DNA of 62,842 nt, filler included. It is 5 parts of 5 records of this genome, joined end to end, with 100 filler letters (N's around TTAATTAATTAA, not from the genome) between each part and the next. Parts side by side here need not be neighbours in the genome. Positions count along the whole stretch, not along the records: positions 40,114 to 50,312 come from SRR22947727_6320; positions 50,413 to 62,842 come from SRR22947727_6327; 3 more parts are not named here. The stretch is one strand, 5' to 3'. Every line of letters starts with the position of its first letter. Positions within the stretch are counted from its first letter, which is position 1. The notes under the pieces are model-generated. The model saw only the letters and a list, made by a program, of their open reading frames with translations. It was not told where the DNA came from and did no database searches. Shown here piece after piece: positions 48,387 to 58,561 of the stretch. Made by a program: the position numbers and the translations under genes.

Positions 48387-48688
48387 TCACCTAACCTTTG
48401 GTTTTTGGCATTAATATTTTCTAAGGCTTTCGGCCTGTTCAAGAATGGTGGCACTGGATCAACCCTTGGTTCGGCCCAAGGGTGACAACGCAAAATACGT
48501 TTTAGCGCATAGTAGGATCCATGCAAGGGTCCATGCGTGATCACCGCATCTTTCGCATATTGTGAGCATGTTGGCAAATGCCGACAATTTGCTCCCAAAA
48601 GCGGTGAGATAAACAAACGATAAAGGGCAATCAGCCCAAGAAGCAAACTCGCCGCCGCTTTTCGCGCAAAACCGCCAAACTGGTTCAT
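48383..48688 (-). CDS. yidD: Membrane protein insertion efficiency factor YidD
   Basis: [28 protein letters not shown] at 48688 overlaps the rnpA stop. Confidence 0.93.
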   Translation of the reverse strand: MNQFGGFARKAAASLLLGLIALYRLFISPLLGANCRHLPTCSQYAKDAVITHGPLHGSYYALKRILRCHPWAEPRVDPVPPFLNRPKALENINAKNQRLGE

Positions 48689-49110
48689 GATCGGTCCTGT
48701 GATCGGCTGTCTGCTATAGGCTTGATGTTTGGCTTGGCGTCTCGTTTGATATTTGGGTTTGTGCCGTTGGCGATGGTGCGATGAAGATAGCCGATTGCTT
48801 TTTGCAACCCTTTGGCCATGTCCTGCCAATTCGCCGTTGCGGTGTCGTGACGGGCGATCAACACATAATCCATGCCATTTTTGGCCAGTGGTGACAGATG
48901 ATCACGAGCCAACGCGCGCATACGCCGCCGTGCCCGATTACGGGTGACGGCATTGCCAATTTTTTTGGTAGCGGTTAGCCCAATCCGCCAATCATCCGAA
49001 TCCCGGGTGACGGCTTGGATCACAAGGCCTCTGGCAAGGGCTTTTTCGCCCTTGGACCGCGCCGCAAGGAATCCAACGCGCGACGGTATGGTTTTCATGT
49101 CAGACACCAA
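48685..49110 (-). CDS. rnpA: Ribonuclease P protein component
   Basis: [22 protein letters not shown]; rpmH-rnpA-yidD-yidC synteny. Confidence 0.95.
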   Translation of the reverse strand: MVSDMKTIPSRVGFLAARSKGEKALARGLVIQAVTRDSDDWRIGLTATKKIGNAVTRNRARRRMRALARDHLSPLAKNGMDYVLIARHDTATANWQDMAKGLQKAIGYLHRTIANGTNPNIKRDAKPNIKPIADSRSQDRS

Positions 49111-49134
49111 ACACCGGTATCCTTGTGAATATAG

Positions 49135-49269
49135 TTACGCTGAGAGGCGCGCACGACCTTTTGCACGACGAGCCTGAATGACCCGACGACCACCAACTGT
49201 GGCCATGCGTGAACGAAAACCGTGACGGCGCTTGCGAACCAATACGCTAGGCTGATAGGTGCGCTTCAT
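49135..49269 (-). CDS. rpmH: 50S ribosomal protein L34 (44 aa)
   Basis: Below the ORF-track cutoff: [44 protein letters not shown]. Confidence 0.98.
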   Translation of the reverse strand: MKRTYQPSVLVRKRRHGFRSRMATVGGRRVIQARRAKGRARLSA

Positions 49270-49453
49270 CTTAACGCTCCTTTATGACTATGAATCAAGA
49301 AAATTATCGAGTGCGGGGTATAGGCTGCTTGGTTGCATCTGTCAATGATATTTGCATTGGGCTGGTTATTATAATCATCATCCTTTTTGCCAGCCTTCTT
49401 GCCGGCTTGCTGTTATTATCGTTGGGTTTGCGGTTTCAGCGGCGCCCTCTGAT

Positions 49454-49933
49454 CTAGCGTTGGCCGATGATTGGGGTTGATGGCTGCGGTTCAAGATCCC
49501 ACGGAAAGAAAATCCAAGTATCCTGGGAAACTTCGGTAACAAATGTATCGACAAGCGGCCGCCCAGCCGGTTTTGCATATACGGTCGCCAGATGCGCCTT
49601 TGGCATCATTAGCTTTAGCGCCTTGGCGGTTTCACCCGTATCGACAAGATCATCAACAATCAACCAGCCGCTGCCATCACCAGCCAAGGGTGATGGTTTA
49701 AGAACATCAAGTTTGCCGCGTTCACTTCCAGCATATGATGAAATACAGGCTGTATCAATCAGCCGAATTTCCAATTCACGCGCAACAATCGCCGCTGGCA
49801 CAAGCCCGCCACGCGTGACCGCAATCAATCCCTCAAACGGACCAAGCTCGAGCAGGCGCCAGGCCAGAGCCTTTGAGGTGCGATGTAATTCTTCCCATGA
49901 AACGGGAAATGATTTGATTCGCTGGTCTGTCAT
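49454..49933 (-). CDS. gpt: Xanthine-guanine phosphoribosyltransferase
   Basis: VSWEELH, VTRGGLVP, PRPP motif LIVDDLVDTGET, WIFFPWD. Confidence 0.95.
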   Translation of the reverse strand: MTDQRIKSFPVSWEELHRTSKALAWRLLELGPFEGLIAVTRGGLVPAAIVARELEIRLIDTACISSYAGSERGKLDVLKPSPLAGDGSGWLIVDDLVDTGETAKALKLMMPKAHLATVYAKPAGRPLVDTFVTEVSQDTWIFFPWDLEPQPSTPIIGQR

Positions 49934-50222
49934 GCTTTTCACCCTTGAACAAAGACAAAGCCTCGACGGCCAAGTTATTGGCGCTATCATATCGGTTTGC
50001 CGTAAAAGCTGTAAAGCCAAAGCACATACCTGATGCAGTATTTTTTCATAGCCAATTCAGATGATGAAAAAAGACCAATTAGAATGACCAATAAAAAAGT
50101 CAGTAAAGTCGGGTGAATATTCACTTGCAAGCGCTTCAGGCTTGACCTATGTTGCGCGACATCGGTTGTTACTCATCGCCAAAGCCGCAGGGCAATCTGG
50201 TAATTAACCAAAAGGCAAAGAC

Positions 50223-50299
50223 GCGCTCGTAGCTCAGCTGGATAGAGCACTAGACTACGAATCTAGGGGTCGGGAGTTCGAATCTTCCCGAGCGCGCCA
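50223..50299 (+). tRNA. tRNA-Arg (anticodon ACG)
   Basis: Acceptor GCGCTCG/CGAGCGC, D-arm AGCTCAGCTGGATAGAGC, anticodon arm CTAGA-CTACGAA-TCTAG, TTCGAAT T-loop, CCA end; 77 nt. Confidence 0.97.
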
Positions 50300-50312
50300 T
50301 TCTCCATTCTAG

Positions 50313-50412
50313 NNNNNNNNNNNNNNNNNNNNNNNNNNNNNNNNNNNNNNNNNNNNTTAATTAATTAANNNNNNNNNNNNNNNNNNNNNNNNNNNNNNNN
50401 NNNNNNNNNNNN
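50313..50412. other. Artificial contig-joining spacer
   Basis: N-run/TTAATTAATTAA/N-run. Confidence 0.98.
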
Positions 50413-50479
50413 CGTTTGGTTTTAGTTTAGGGTGATTGTTTTTTCTTGAAAGTAGTTTGTCAGGATTTCGTTCGGCGGT

Positions 50480-50616
50480 CGATTTCCGAGGGAGGTGTTG
50501 TCATAGACCTGAAGCGCCACGCATTGGGCAATAAAGCTTTCAGACCACCTAGCGTATTCCAACGGCCCGTAAACCCCCTCCGTTGCAGGGTTGTTTCGTC
50601 GCCCCCTCCCAAATCG
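50480..50616. ncRNA. Candidate multi-stem structured RNA (probably a minus-strand 5' leader)
   Basis: Closing pairs CGATTT/AAATCG and GGGAGG/CCTCCC enclose stems CTGAAG/TTTCAG, CAACGG/CCGTTG and GGG/CCC; family not recognised. Confidence 0.35.
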
Positions 50617-50878
50617 CATCCAGGGCTAACTCGTTACAAATCAGCTGCAAAAGCATCGCGATTAGATTGGAGTTTGGTGAACATATTTTCCTATTAAATC
50701 GTGAATTCTGCTCAGGCGAAACTGACTTGACACCTTGTGTCTTGCGCATTTTTGAAAGAATTTAACTGAATAGGCGCGAATTGATTCGGTGACAAACCAA
50801 AGTGCTTCCCTGTTCAAACTCCCCTGACTAACAATCACGCCACTTGCCTTAGGCACCACAAACCGCCAATCTCAGCGA

Positions 50879-52108
50879 ATGCATTTTTCCAAAATCATCG
50901 TTGCGGTGTTGAGCCTTGTTGCGGCTGCTGAGTCGTTTGCTGACGAGAAAAAACCGCTCATGGCTTATGTCGGCACTTACACGTCGCCGCTGAAAAATAT
51001 GCGGAAGACGCAGGTGGATTTGCCGCCGGGAAATGGGCGAGGAATTCACCTTTTCACGGTCAATCGCGATACTGGAGCCATGACTCCAGCGGGCTTGGTC
51101 GAGATGGGAACCAGCCCAAGCGCCCTCGCCTTCAATGAAACGCAGACCCGCTTGTATTCTGCGAATGAAACGGAGCGGACGGGCGAAAACGAGGCCGGAT
51201 CAGTCAGTGCATTTGCAGTGAATCCGGAAAACGGACAGCTCGAATTGCTCAATACGGTCAGCTCGGGCGGAAAAGGTCCAGCGCATCTCAGTGTTCATCC
51301 TTCGGGAAAATTCGTGCTGGTGGCGAATTACTTCGGAGGCTCGGTCGCGGTTCTACCGATCAATAAAGACGGCAGTCTCGCTGAAGCGAGCGACTTCAAA
51401 CAGGACGAAGGCACGGTTGGTCCAACGGTTGCAACAAACGCGCCTCCCGGAAGTTTTGCCTTCAGTGGTCACGATCAAGTCCACGCTCACATGATCGAAT
51501 CCGATCCCTCCGGCCGTTTTGTGCTGCATGTCGACCTCGGGCTGGACAAAATCTTCATTTGGAAATTCGATTCTGAAAACGGAAAGCTGACGCCGAATAC
51601 GCCTCATTCCGTTTCCCTTCCACCGGGAGATGGCCCGCGCCACTTTGCATTTCATCCCGATGGGAAATGGCTCTATTCCCTGCAGGAAGAAGGCTCAACC
51701 GTGGTGCTTTTCGATTACGATTCTGAAAAGGGTCATCTCAAAGAACGGCAAACGATTTCCAGCCTTCCTCCCGGCTATGCCGGCAGCAATTTCTGTTCAG
51801 GCATCATGCTGTCTGACGACGGGAAATTCGTCTACACCGGCAATCGACTTCACGACAGCATCGGTATCTTTTCCGTCGGAGAAAATGGGAAGCTCACTTT
51901 CGTCGGCGACGAATGGACTCGCGGGAATTATCCACGCAGCTTCGAATTCGATCCAACCGGCCGCTTTTTCTACACCTGCAATCAACGCGCTGACCACATC
52001 GCGATTTTTGCGGTCGACAAGAAAACCGGCAAACTCAACTTCACCGATCAATACACGCCGGTGGGAAACCCATCGATCATCGTGTTTCGCGATCTCGCGG
52101 CTGACTAA
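50879..52108 (+). CDS. Secreted lactonase (6-phosphogluconolactonase-like 7-blade propeller)
   Basis: Signal peptide, YVGTYT, PAHLSVHP, VANY, HAHMI, DLGLD, GPRHF. Confidence 0.92.
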   Translation: MHFSKIIVAVLSLVAAAESFADEKKPLMAYVGTYTSPLKNMRKTQVDLPPGNGRGIHLFTVNRDTGAMTPAGLVEMGTSPSALAFNETQTRLYSANETERTGENEAGSVSAFAVNPENGQLELLNTVSSGGKGPAHLSVHPSGKFVLVANYFGGSVAVLPINKDGSLAEASDFKQDEGTVGPTVATNAPPGSFAFSGHDQVHAHMIESDPSGRFVLHVDLGLDKIFIWKFDSENGKLTPNTPHSVSLPPGDGPRHFAFHPDGKWLYSLQEEGSTVVLFDYDSEKGHLKERQTISSLPPGYAGSNFCSGIMLSDDGKFVYTGNRLHDSIGIFSVGENGKLTFVGDEWTRGNYPRSFEFDPTGRFFYTCNQRADHIAIFAVDKKTGKLNFTDQYTPVGNPSIIVFRDLAAD

Positions 52109-52163
52109 CCGAAACCTCCAATCGAAAGCGGAACCATTTGCAATCCGTGGGGTTTTTCACGGT

Positions 52164-53218
52164 ATGAATCGAATGAATCACTTCATTGGCGGGGTCACAG
52201 CGGCCTTTCTCCTGATGCTTTCCCTCGGCAAAGTCGGACTCAGTCAGGAAAGCAAAACCACCTCTGCCAAAGCGACGCCAATAAAGATGGGACGCTGACT
52301 CGGGAAGAAGCGTTGGCATTTTTAAAGAAACGCCGCGCCGGTATGGAAAAACGGACGCAAACCAAACCCACTGGCCCCAAACCTACTCACGCCAACGTTT
52401 CCTACGGCGACTACGAGAAACAGGCCTTCGACATTTGGCTCGTTCCCAACGCGACCGAGCCCACCCCGATGGTGATTTTCATTCACGGCGGCGGTTTCCG
52501 CAGCGGCGACAAATCAATGGCTCCTCCCGGAGTGATTGATCAATATCTGAAAGCAGGCATCGCCTATGTGGCTTTGAATTACCGCCTATCCGACGTCGGG
52601 CCGTATCCCATGATGATGCACGACGCCGCTCGCAGTTTGCAAACGATTCGCCATCGCGCAACGGAATGGAATCTCGATCCGAAGAAAGTTGCTTGTTATG
52701 GTGGATCCGCCGGCGCGGGTATTTCCCTGTGGCTGGGCTTTCACGAAGACCTCGCCGATCCTGACAGAAAAGATCTGATCGCCCGCCAATCCACTCGCAT
52801 CACCGCTGCCGGGACGTTGAACGGACAATCGACCTACGACATTCGCACCTTCCGTGAGTGGTTCGGCGTTCCCGATTTGCAACACGGTCCTGCACTTCCC
52901 GCCTTCTATGCAGTTGAATCCGATGCCGACTGGACCAGCGAACGCGTCAAAAAACTCATGACGGAGGCTTCATCGATCACTCACCTCACCAAAAAAGATG
53001 ATGTTCCCGTCTACATGATCTACGGTCGCCCCGACACCGTTGTCACCGCGAAAACCGGCTCAAGCGAATGGGTTCATCACGTGAAACTCGGCCTGAAGCT
53101 TCAGGAAGCGATGCAACAAGTGGATCTCGAATGCATCGTGACCGGCAAAGACGTGAAACCCAAAAATGATCCCTACGGCTCGCTCGAAGCGTTCTTGATA
53201 GCGAAGCTAAAAGGGTAA
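52164..53218 (+). pseudogene. Secreted EF-hand plus alpha/beta esterase, frameshifted between signal peptide and EF-hand (hydrolase ORF from 52313 intact)
   Basis: ATG 52164 encodes a signal peptide that stops at 52298; another frame reads SDANKDGTLTREEALAF into HGGGF and GGSAG. Confidence 0.65.
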
Positions 53219-53385
53219 ATTTTCTCCCATTCACGGGCCCTCAGCAGGTTGATTGACCTGTATCGCGACGGCAACTGCGATTTACAGGAAGTAAAAACCG
53301 AAAACGTAACAAACTTATAAACGGCTTTGAAGCCTCATAAAGTTCGCTAAAGTCATTTTCAACCTGCCCTTAATCGAATAGCCCC

Positions 53386-55311
53386 ATGCGAATATTGTTC
53401 CTTCTATTTTTTGCCTTCGTTCCGATTTTCAGCGCGGCGCAAGAAGTCCCGCAGACTTTTGCGGAAGCCTGGGAAAACTATGATCCGCGGGCTGAACCGC
53501 TGGAAGTCGAGGTCATTCGGGAAGTTGTCGAAGAAGACATCGTCATCCGCACGATCCGATACGTCGTCGGCACCTTTGATGGTCGGAAAACCAAAGTCGC
53601 GGCCTTCTACGCGTTTCCCAAAGGAGCGGAAAAACTCCCCGGACTCATTCAAGTTCATGGCGGCGGACAATTCGCCCGAAAAGGCACTGCAAAATATTGG
53701 GCGTCGCGAGGTTACGCTGTCGTGACCGTGAACTGGGGCGAAAAAGTGATCGATCAACCGGACGATCCCAACGCGGATTGGACCGGAATCCCGGCCGGAT
53801 TTCTGGATCCAAAACATCACAATGACGTCACGCCTGGCGATGGAACGATTCATGATGTCCCTCACCCATGGAACAGTTCGTGGCTGCTGTATTCGGCCGC
53901 CGCCCGTCGAGCGATCACGCTCTTGGAAGAGCAACCTGAAGCGGATGGTGACCGCGTCGGCTTGATGGGCCATAGCATGGGAGGCCGGATCACCATGCTG
54001 ACAGCCAACGATCCCCGGCTGAAAGCAATTTCGCCATCGGTTGGTGGCAGCGGCTTTCTCTACACGGACATCGTCGGCATCCCCAACTCCGCGCGTCGCA
54101 TGGTGGAAAACCGGAAACTCTACTTGGATACCATTGATTGCGCTCACGCGTGGCCATTGGCGAGTTGTCCGGTCATGTTTCTTGGCGCGACGAACGATTT
54201 CAATTCTCCGATGGAGTTTGTCGTTCGTGGCTTCAAATCACTTCCGAAAAATGACAGTGCCATGTCGTTTACACCACACATGAACCATCGATTTACCGCC
54301 GACAACTACATGGCGCGGATTCTCTGGTTCGATGCCCATTTGAAGAGCGACTTTACGTTCCCCAAAATGCCGCGCGGCGAATTGAAAATCAAAACCGAAA
54401 GTGGAACTCCGGAATTCACGGTGAAGCCGGACTTCTCGACGGCTCACAAAATAGAGAAGGTCGTCGTTTATTACGGATTCGATCGTGATCCCCGAGCGCG
54501 TTTCTGGCGATCGGCCGAAACCATTCAAAATGGAGATCATTTCACCGCTCAGTGCCCTGTGATGGATCTCGGCGAACCTCTATTTGCCTTTGCGAACGTG
54601 ACCTATGATACCGGAGAGAAAATCGATATGCCACCGGGGTATTTGGACAATTCGTTGCTCACTCTGACCAGCGACTGCCGTATTGTTTATCCTGAGCACC
54701 TCGTCGCCGCCAACGTAAAGCCAACGGGTCAACGAAAACGGCTCATCGAAGACTTTGCAAACGGCTGGCAGGATTGGTCACTGGTTGGCGTCAACCACGG
54801 AGCGCACTGGAATTACGAAACCCACAAAGTAAACGACCCGGCCTTTGTAGGACCGCGCGGGGCATCCCTAGCATTTGAAATCGAAACGACCGGTCCGAAC
54901 GAAACGCTGGCAGTCATCATGGATGTGGATCGCTGGCGCGGATATACGGGACGGAAGCCTCGCCGTTTCACGGCCTTGATCGAGCTTGAGACAGCAGGCG
55001 CCCACTCCATCACCATTCCGTGCAACAACTTCATTACCGAAGATGGCGAAGCGCTCGAGAACTATGATTTTGTGACGAGCCTCATTCTCACGCCCGCACA
55101 GAAAGAGCGGCCAAAGGAATTCAAAGCAGAGTGGAAAAGCGACGTCCCGGTTTTCAAAAACATTCGATGGGAAGGTGGAGAATTTGCTGATCGTCCCCGC
55201 CCTTATTTGAAATCCGGTGAATCGGAGATCGATGCTGACGCGGCTTTTCGCGATGCCTTTGACAATGCTGTTGATGAATCCGTCGAACGCGAAGCTCAGG
55301 ATCGGAAGTGA
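53386..55311 (+). CDS. Secreted alpha/beta hydrolase (dienelactone hydrolase/acetylxylan esterase-like) with C-terminal domain
   Basis: Signal peptide, VHGGGQ, GHSMGG, ATNDF, HMNH. Confidence 0.8.
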   Translation: MRILFLLFFAFVPIFSAAQEVPQTFAEAWENYDPRAEPLEVEVIREVVEEDIVIRTIRYVVGTFDGRKTKVAAFYAFPKGAEKLPGLIQVHGGGQFARKGTAKYWASRGYAVVTVNWGEKVIDQPDDPNADWTGIPAGFLDPKHHNDVTPGDGTIHDVPHPWNSSWLLYSAAARRAITLLEEQPEADGDRVGLMGHSMGGRITMLTANDPRLKAISPSVGGSGFLYTDIVGIPNSARRMVENRKLYLDTIDCAHAWPLASCPVMFLGATNDFNSPMEFVVRGFKSLPKNDSAMSFTPHMNHRFTADNYMARILWFDAHLKSDFTFPKMPRGELKIKTESGTPEFTVKPDFSTAHKIEKVVVYYGFDRDPRARFWRSAETIQNGDHFTAQCPVMDLGEPLFAFANVTYDTGEKIDMPPGYLDNSLLTLTSDCRIVYPEHLVAANVKPTGQRKRLIEDFANGWQDWSLVGVNHGAHWNYETHKVNDPAFVGPRGASLAFEIETTGPNETLAVIMDVDRWRGYTGRKPRRFTALIELETAGAHSITIPCNNFITEDGEALENYDFVTSLILTPAQKERPKEFKAEWKSDVPVFKNIRWEGGEFADRPRPYLKSGESEIDADAAFRDAFDNAVDESVEREAQDRK

Positions 55312-55412
55312 AGCTTCACGATCAAACAGGGTTCATTCATTGAGCCAACCCTATTGGATCGAAAATACTGATCCCCCACAACTGTGCGCTTTACCTCGTT
55401 TGTAAACTCGCC

Positions 55413-56954
55413 ATGATTCCACTTATGAAACGGATCTTCGTCCTATCAATCCTCGCAGTGCTCGGCAGCCTGACGGGCTTCGCTGCAGAAAAACCAAATA
55501 TCGTTTATATCATTTGCGACGACTTGGGATATGGCGACATCCAATGCCTCAATCCGGAAAACGGTAAAATCGCAACCCCCGGTGCGGATCAGTTGGCAGC
55601 GGAAGGCATGATTTTCACCGATGCTCACAGCGGCTCTTCGGTGTGCACGCCGACGCGCTACGGCATTATGACGGGCCGTTACAGCTGGCGCACTCGACTG
55701 CAAAAAGGCGTGGTCACTGGTTTTGCCCCGTGCTTGATCGACAAAGAACGTCCTACCGTCGCAGGGTTCCTGAAAGACCAAGGATATGCGACAGGGATTG
55801 TCGGCAAGTGGCACCTCGATTTTCAATACCTCGATCCCAAAACAGACAAAGCTTACACTTCGAAAGACCACAAGACTCCACCCGTTGGAGCTAAGATTCC
55901 TGACGGTCCTTTGCACCGGGGCTTCGAATATTATCATGGATTTCACCATGCGAGGAATATGGATGCGGTGATCGAGAACGATCGCGTGATCGAGCATGAC
56001 GACGAGATCAACATGCTCCCACGCCTCACCAAAAAATCCGTCGAGTTCATCGAAAACCACGCGGGGAAAGAACAGCCGTTTTTTCTCTACGTGCCGTTGG
56101 GCTCGCCGCACACACCGATCGTTCCATCAAAGGACTGGCAGGGAAAAAGCCCCCTCGGTCCTTATGGAGACTTTGTAATGGAGACAGACAACGTCGTTGG
56201 TGAAATCTCCAAAGCTCTCGAGAAAGCCGGAGTTACTGATAACACTCTCGTCATTTTCACCAGCGACAACGGGTGCTCAAAGGCGGCAAAAATCGGAGAC
56301 CTTGCAAAGAAAGGACACACCGTCAGCGCGCATCTTCGCGGTTCAAAAGCCGATCTATGGGACGGCGGCCACCGGATTCCATTTTTCGTTCGCTGGCCAG
56401 GTAAAATCGAAGCGGGTAGCATATCCGATCAACTCATCTGCCTGACGGATCTTTTCAGCACAACCGGACAAATCATCGGTGCCACTGTTCCTGAAGGCAC
56501 TTGCGAAGACAGCGTCAGTTTTCTTCCTGCGTTGAGCGGCGATACTATCGATTCGACCCGCGCCGGCGTGATTCATCATTCGATTAGCGGTCACTTCGCT
56601 TATCGTCAGGGGAAATGGAAACTCCTCATCGCTCGAGGCTCCGGTGGATGGTCATCGCCCGGTGAAAAGGAAGCGGCCAAAAAAGGAGCACCAGTGGCTC
56701 AACTTTACAATCTCGAAGCTGATCCTAGCGAAACCACCAATTTGGTCGACAAAGAACCCGAAGTGATGGCTCAGCTGCTCGCATTGTTGAAGAAAGACGT
56801 TTTTGCCGGTCGCAGCACCAAGGGTGCTGAAGCGAAAAACGACGTCGAGGAAATCGTGCTATGGAAAAGTGGCGAAACCAAAGGTGAAGTCATTCAGGAA
56901 AAACCAAAGGCCAAGAAAAAACCGAAAGGTAAAAAGAAGGACAAAGCGGCGTAA
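55413..56954 (+). CDS. Arylsulfatase (formylglycine-dependent S1 sulfatase)
   Basis: KPNIVYIICDDLGYGD, CTPTR (CxPxR) with MTGRY, GKWHL, PHTP, SDNG, LYNL..DP.E. Confidence 0.95.
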   Translation: MIPLMKRIFVLSILAVLGSLTGFAAEKPNIVYIICDDLGYGDIQCLNPENGKIATPGADQLAAEGMIFTDAHSGSSVCTPTRYGIMTGRYSWRTRLQKGVVTGFAPCLIDKERPTVAGFLKDQGYATGIVGKWHLDFQYLDPKTDKAYTSKDHKTPPVGAKIPDGPLHRGFEYYHGFHHARNMDAVIENDRVIEHDDEINMLPRLTKKSVEFIENHAGKEQPFFLYVPLGSPHTPIVPSKDWQGKSPLGPYGDFVMETDNVVGEISKALEKAGVTDNTLVIFTSDNGCSKAAKIGDLAKKGHTVSAHLRGSKADLWDGGHRIPFFVRWPGKIEAGSISDQLICLTDLFSTTGQIIGATVPEGTCEDSVSFLPALSGDTIDSTRAGVIHHSISGHFAYRQGKWKLLIARGSGGWSSPGEKEAAKKGAPVAQLYNLEADPSETTNLVDKEPEVMAQLLALLKKDVFAGRSTKGAEAKNDVEEIVLWKSGETKGEVIQEKPKAKKKPKGKKKDKAA

Positions 56955-57100
56955 AGAGCCATCCCTTCAGATGTAGCGGACCTTGTAAAAAGTTCCAGAG
57001 CCCGCAGTCAAACTCGTCAGAAGATTTCGCATCTTCCGCTACTCTTCGTGCGCATCGATCTTGACTCAGCCGATCTTCCCTCTAGCTTTTTCAAAAGACC

Positions 57101-58528
57101 ATGGCTGATATCGACTCACTCAAACAAGCACTCGCCGTTTCGCCGGACAATGTCCTGCTTATGCTGCTCCTTGGCGATGCCCTTCTCGAGCAATTCAGCC
57201 TCGAAGAAGCCCGACAGCAGTTTGAAAATGTCCTCCAGCTTGAGCCAGCCAATGCCGTCGCCAAAACCCAGGTGGCTCAGATTTTGGATCTCTCGGGAAA
57301 ATCGTCGGAAGCGATCGTTCGCCTTGAACAAGTCAGCGGGGAGTCACCCAATTTTGCTCCCGCATGGCTGCTCCGTGCCAAGTTGGCTCTGAACGAGAAT
57401 AATTCAACTGAAGCCCGCGAGTGCTACGACAAAGCCATCACGCTTGATGCGGCGATGAGCGATATCGATTTACTAAAACGAATCCGGCAGGCAGGAGGTC
57501 GAACCCCGACACCACCGCCAGAGAATATCCAACCGCAGGCGACATCCGATTTTCAGGCAGGAGCCTATTTTGATCCTGATTTCGAGGAAGACGACGATGA
57601 ATTCGACGACAGCACTCCCTTCGGCCCCCCGCCGAGCGCCGCCTCCGAATTGGAAATGGATTTTGTGCAAAAAGCCGACACCGATTTTACAAAAGTGGGC
57701 GGCATGGAATGCGTCAAAGAAGACATTCGGATGAAAATTCTCTATCCGATGGAGAATAAGGAGCTCTTCGAAGCCTATGGCAAAAAGGCCGGTGGCGGTG
57801 TGTTGCTTTACGGGCCTCCCGGGTGCGGAAAAACACTTATCAGCAGGGCTACAGCAGGTGAAATCAATGCCAAGTTTATGAGCGTTGGCCTCCATCAGAT
57901 TCTCGATATGTGGATCGGAAAGTCGGAAGAAAAGCTCCATGAAATTTTCGAACTTGCTCGCAGAAATGCCCCGTCTGTTCTCTTTTTTGACGAAGTCGAT
58001 GCCCTTGCCGCCGACCGGAAAGACATGCGGACCTCTGCCGGCCGGACACTAATCAATCAGTTCCTCGCCGAGATGGATGGCCGGCAGGACGAAAACGATG
58101 GCGTTCTCATTCTCGGTGCGACCAACGCCCCGTGGCATCTCGATTCTGCCTTTCTCCGTCCTGGTCGATTCGATCGCCTTATTTTTGTTCCGCCGCCGGA
58201 TGAACCCGCTCGCGCCGAAATCATCAAAATCATGGGCGAAGGCAAACCCCTCGCCGGACTCGACGCGGCCGCGTTGGCCAAACGTCTCAAAGATTTCTCC
58301 GGAGCTGATATCAAAGCCGTATTCGATCAAGCCATCGAAGCTTCGCTCGCTGAAGCCATGAAATCCGGCAAGATCGTCCCGGTGACTCAGCGCCAGCTTG
58401 TCAAAACCACCAAAAAGGTAAAACCAAGCACACTGAAGTGGTTTGAATCGGCAAAGAACTACGCGATCTATGCGAATCAGAGTGGGTTTTACGACGACGT
58501 TCTCGAGCATTTGGGAATCCAAAAATAA
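57101..58528 (+). CDS. AAA+ ATPase with N-terminal TPR repeats
   Basis: TPRs, Pro/acidic linker, Walker A GPPGCGKT, pore loop MWIG, Walker B FFDEVD, SRH ATNAPWHLDSAFLRPGRFD. Confidence 0.92.
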   Translation: MADIDSLKQALAVSPDNVLLMLLLGDALLEQFSLEEARQQFENVLQLEPANAVAKTQVAQILDLSGKSSEAIVRLEQVSGESPNFAPAWLLRAKLALNENNSTEARECYDKAITLDAAMSDIDLLKRIRQAGGRTPTPPPENIQPQATSDFQAGAYFDPDFEEDDDEFDDSTPFGPPPSAASELEMDFVQKADTDFTKVGGMECVKEDIRMKILYPMENKELFEAYGKKAGGGVLLYGPPGCGKTLISRATAGEINAKFMSVGLHQILDMWIGKSEEKLHEIFELARRNAPSVLFFDEVDALAADRKDMRTSAGRTLINQFLAEMDGRQDENDGVLILGATNAPWHLDSAFLRPGRFDRLIFVPPPDEPARAEIIKIMGEGKPLAGLDAAALAKRLKDFSGADIKAVFDQAIEASLAEAMKSGKIVPVTQRQLVKTTKKVKPSTLKWFESAKNYAIYANQSGFYDDVLEHLGIQK

Positions 58529-58561
58529 TTGCCCCGTTTGGCGCCCCTTCGAAACTTTCCG

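Noticed and set aside
51630-52298. 222-aa ORF overlapping the lactonase
   Set aside because: Shadow frame; only its last 44 codons (from ATG 52164) look real, as the displaced signal peptide of the next gene
53246-53288. Imperfect hairpins after the esterase gene
   Set aside because: No T tract and no recognisable family; most likely an ordinary terminator-like or stabilising stem
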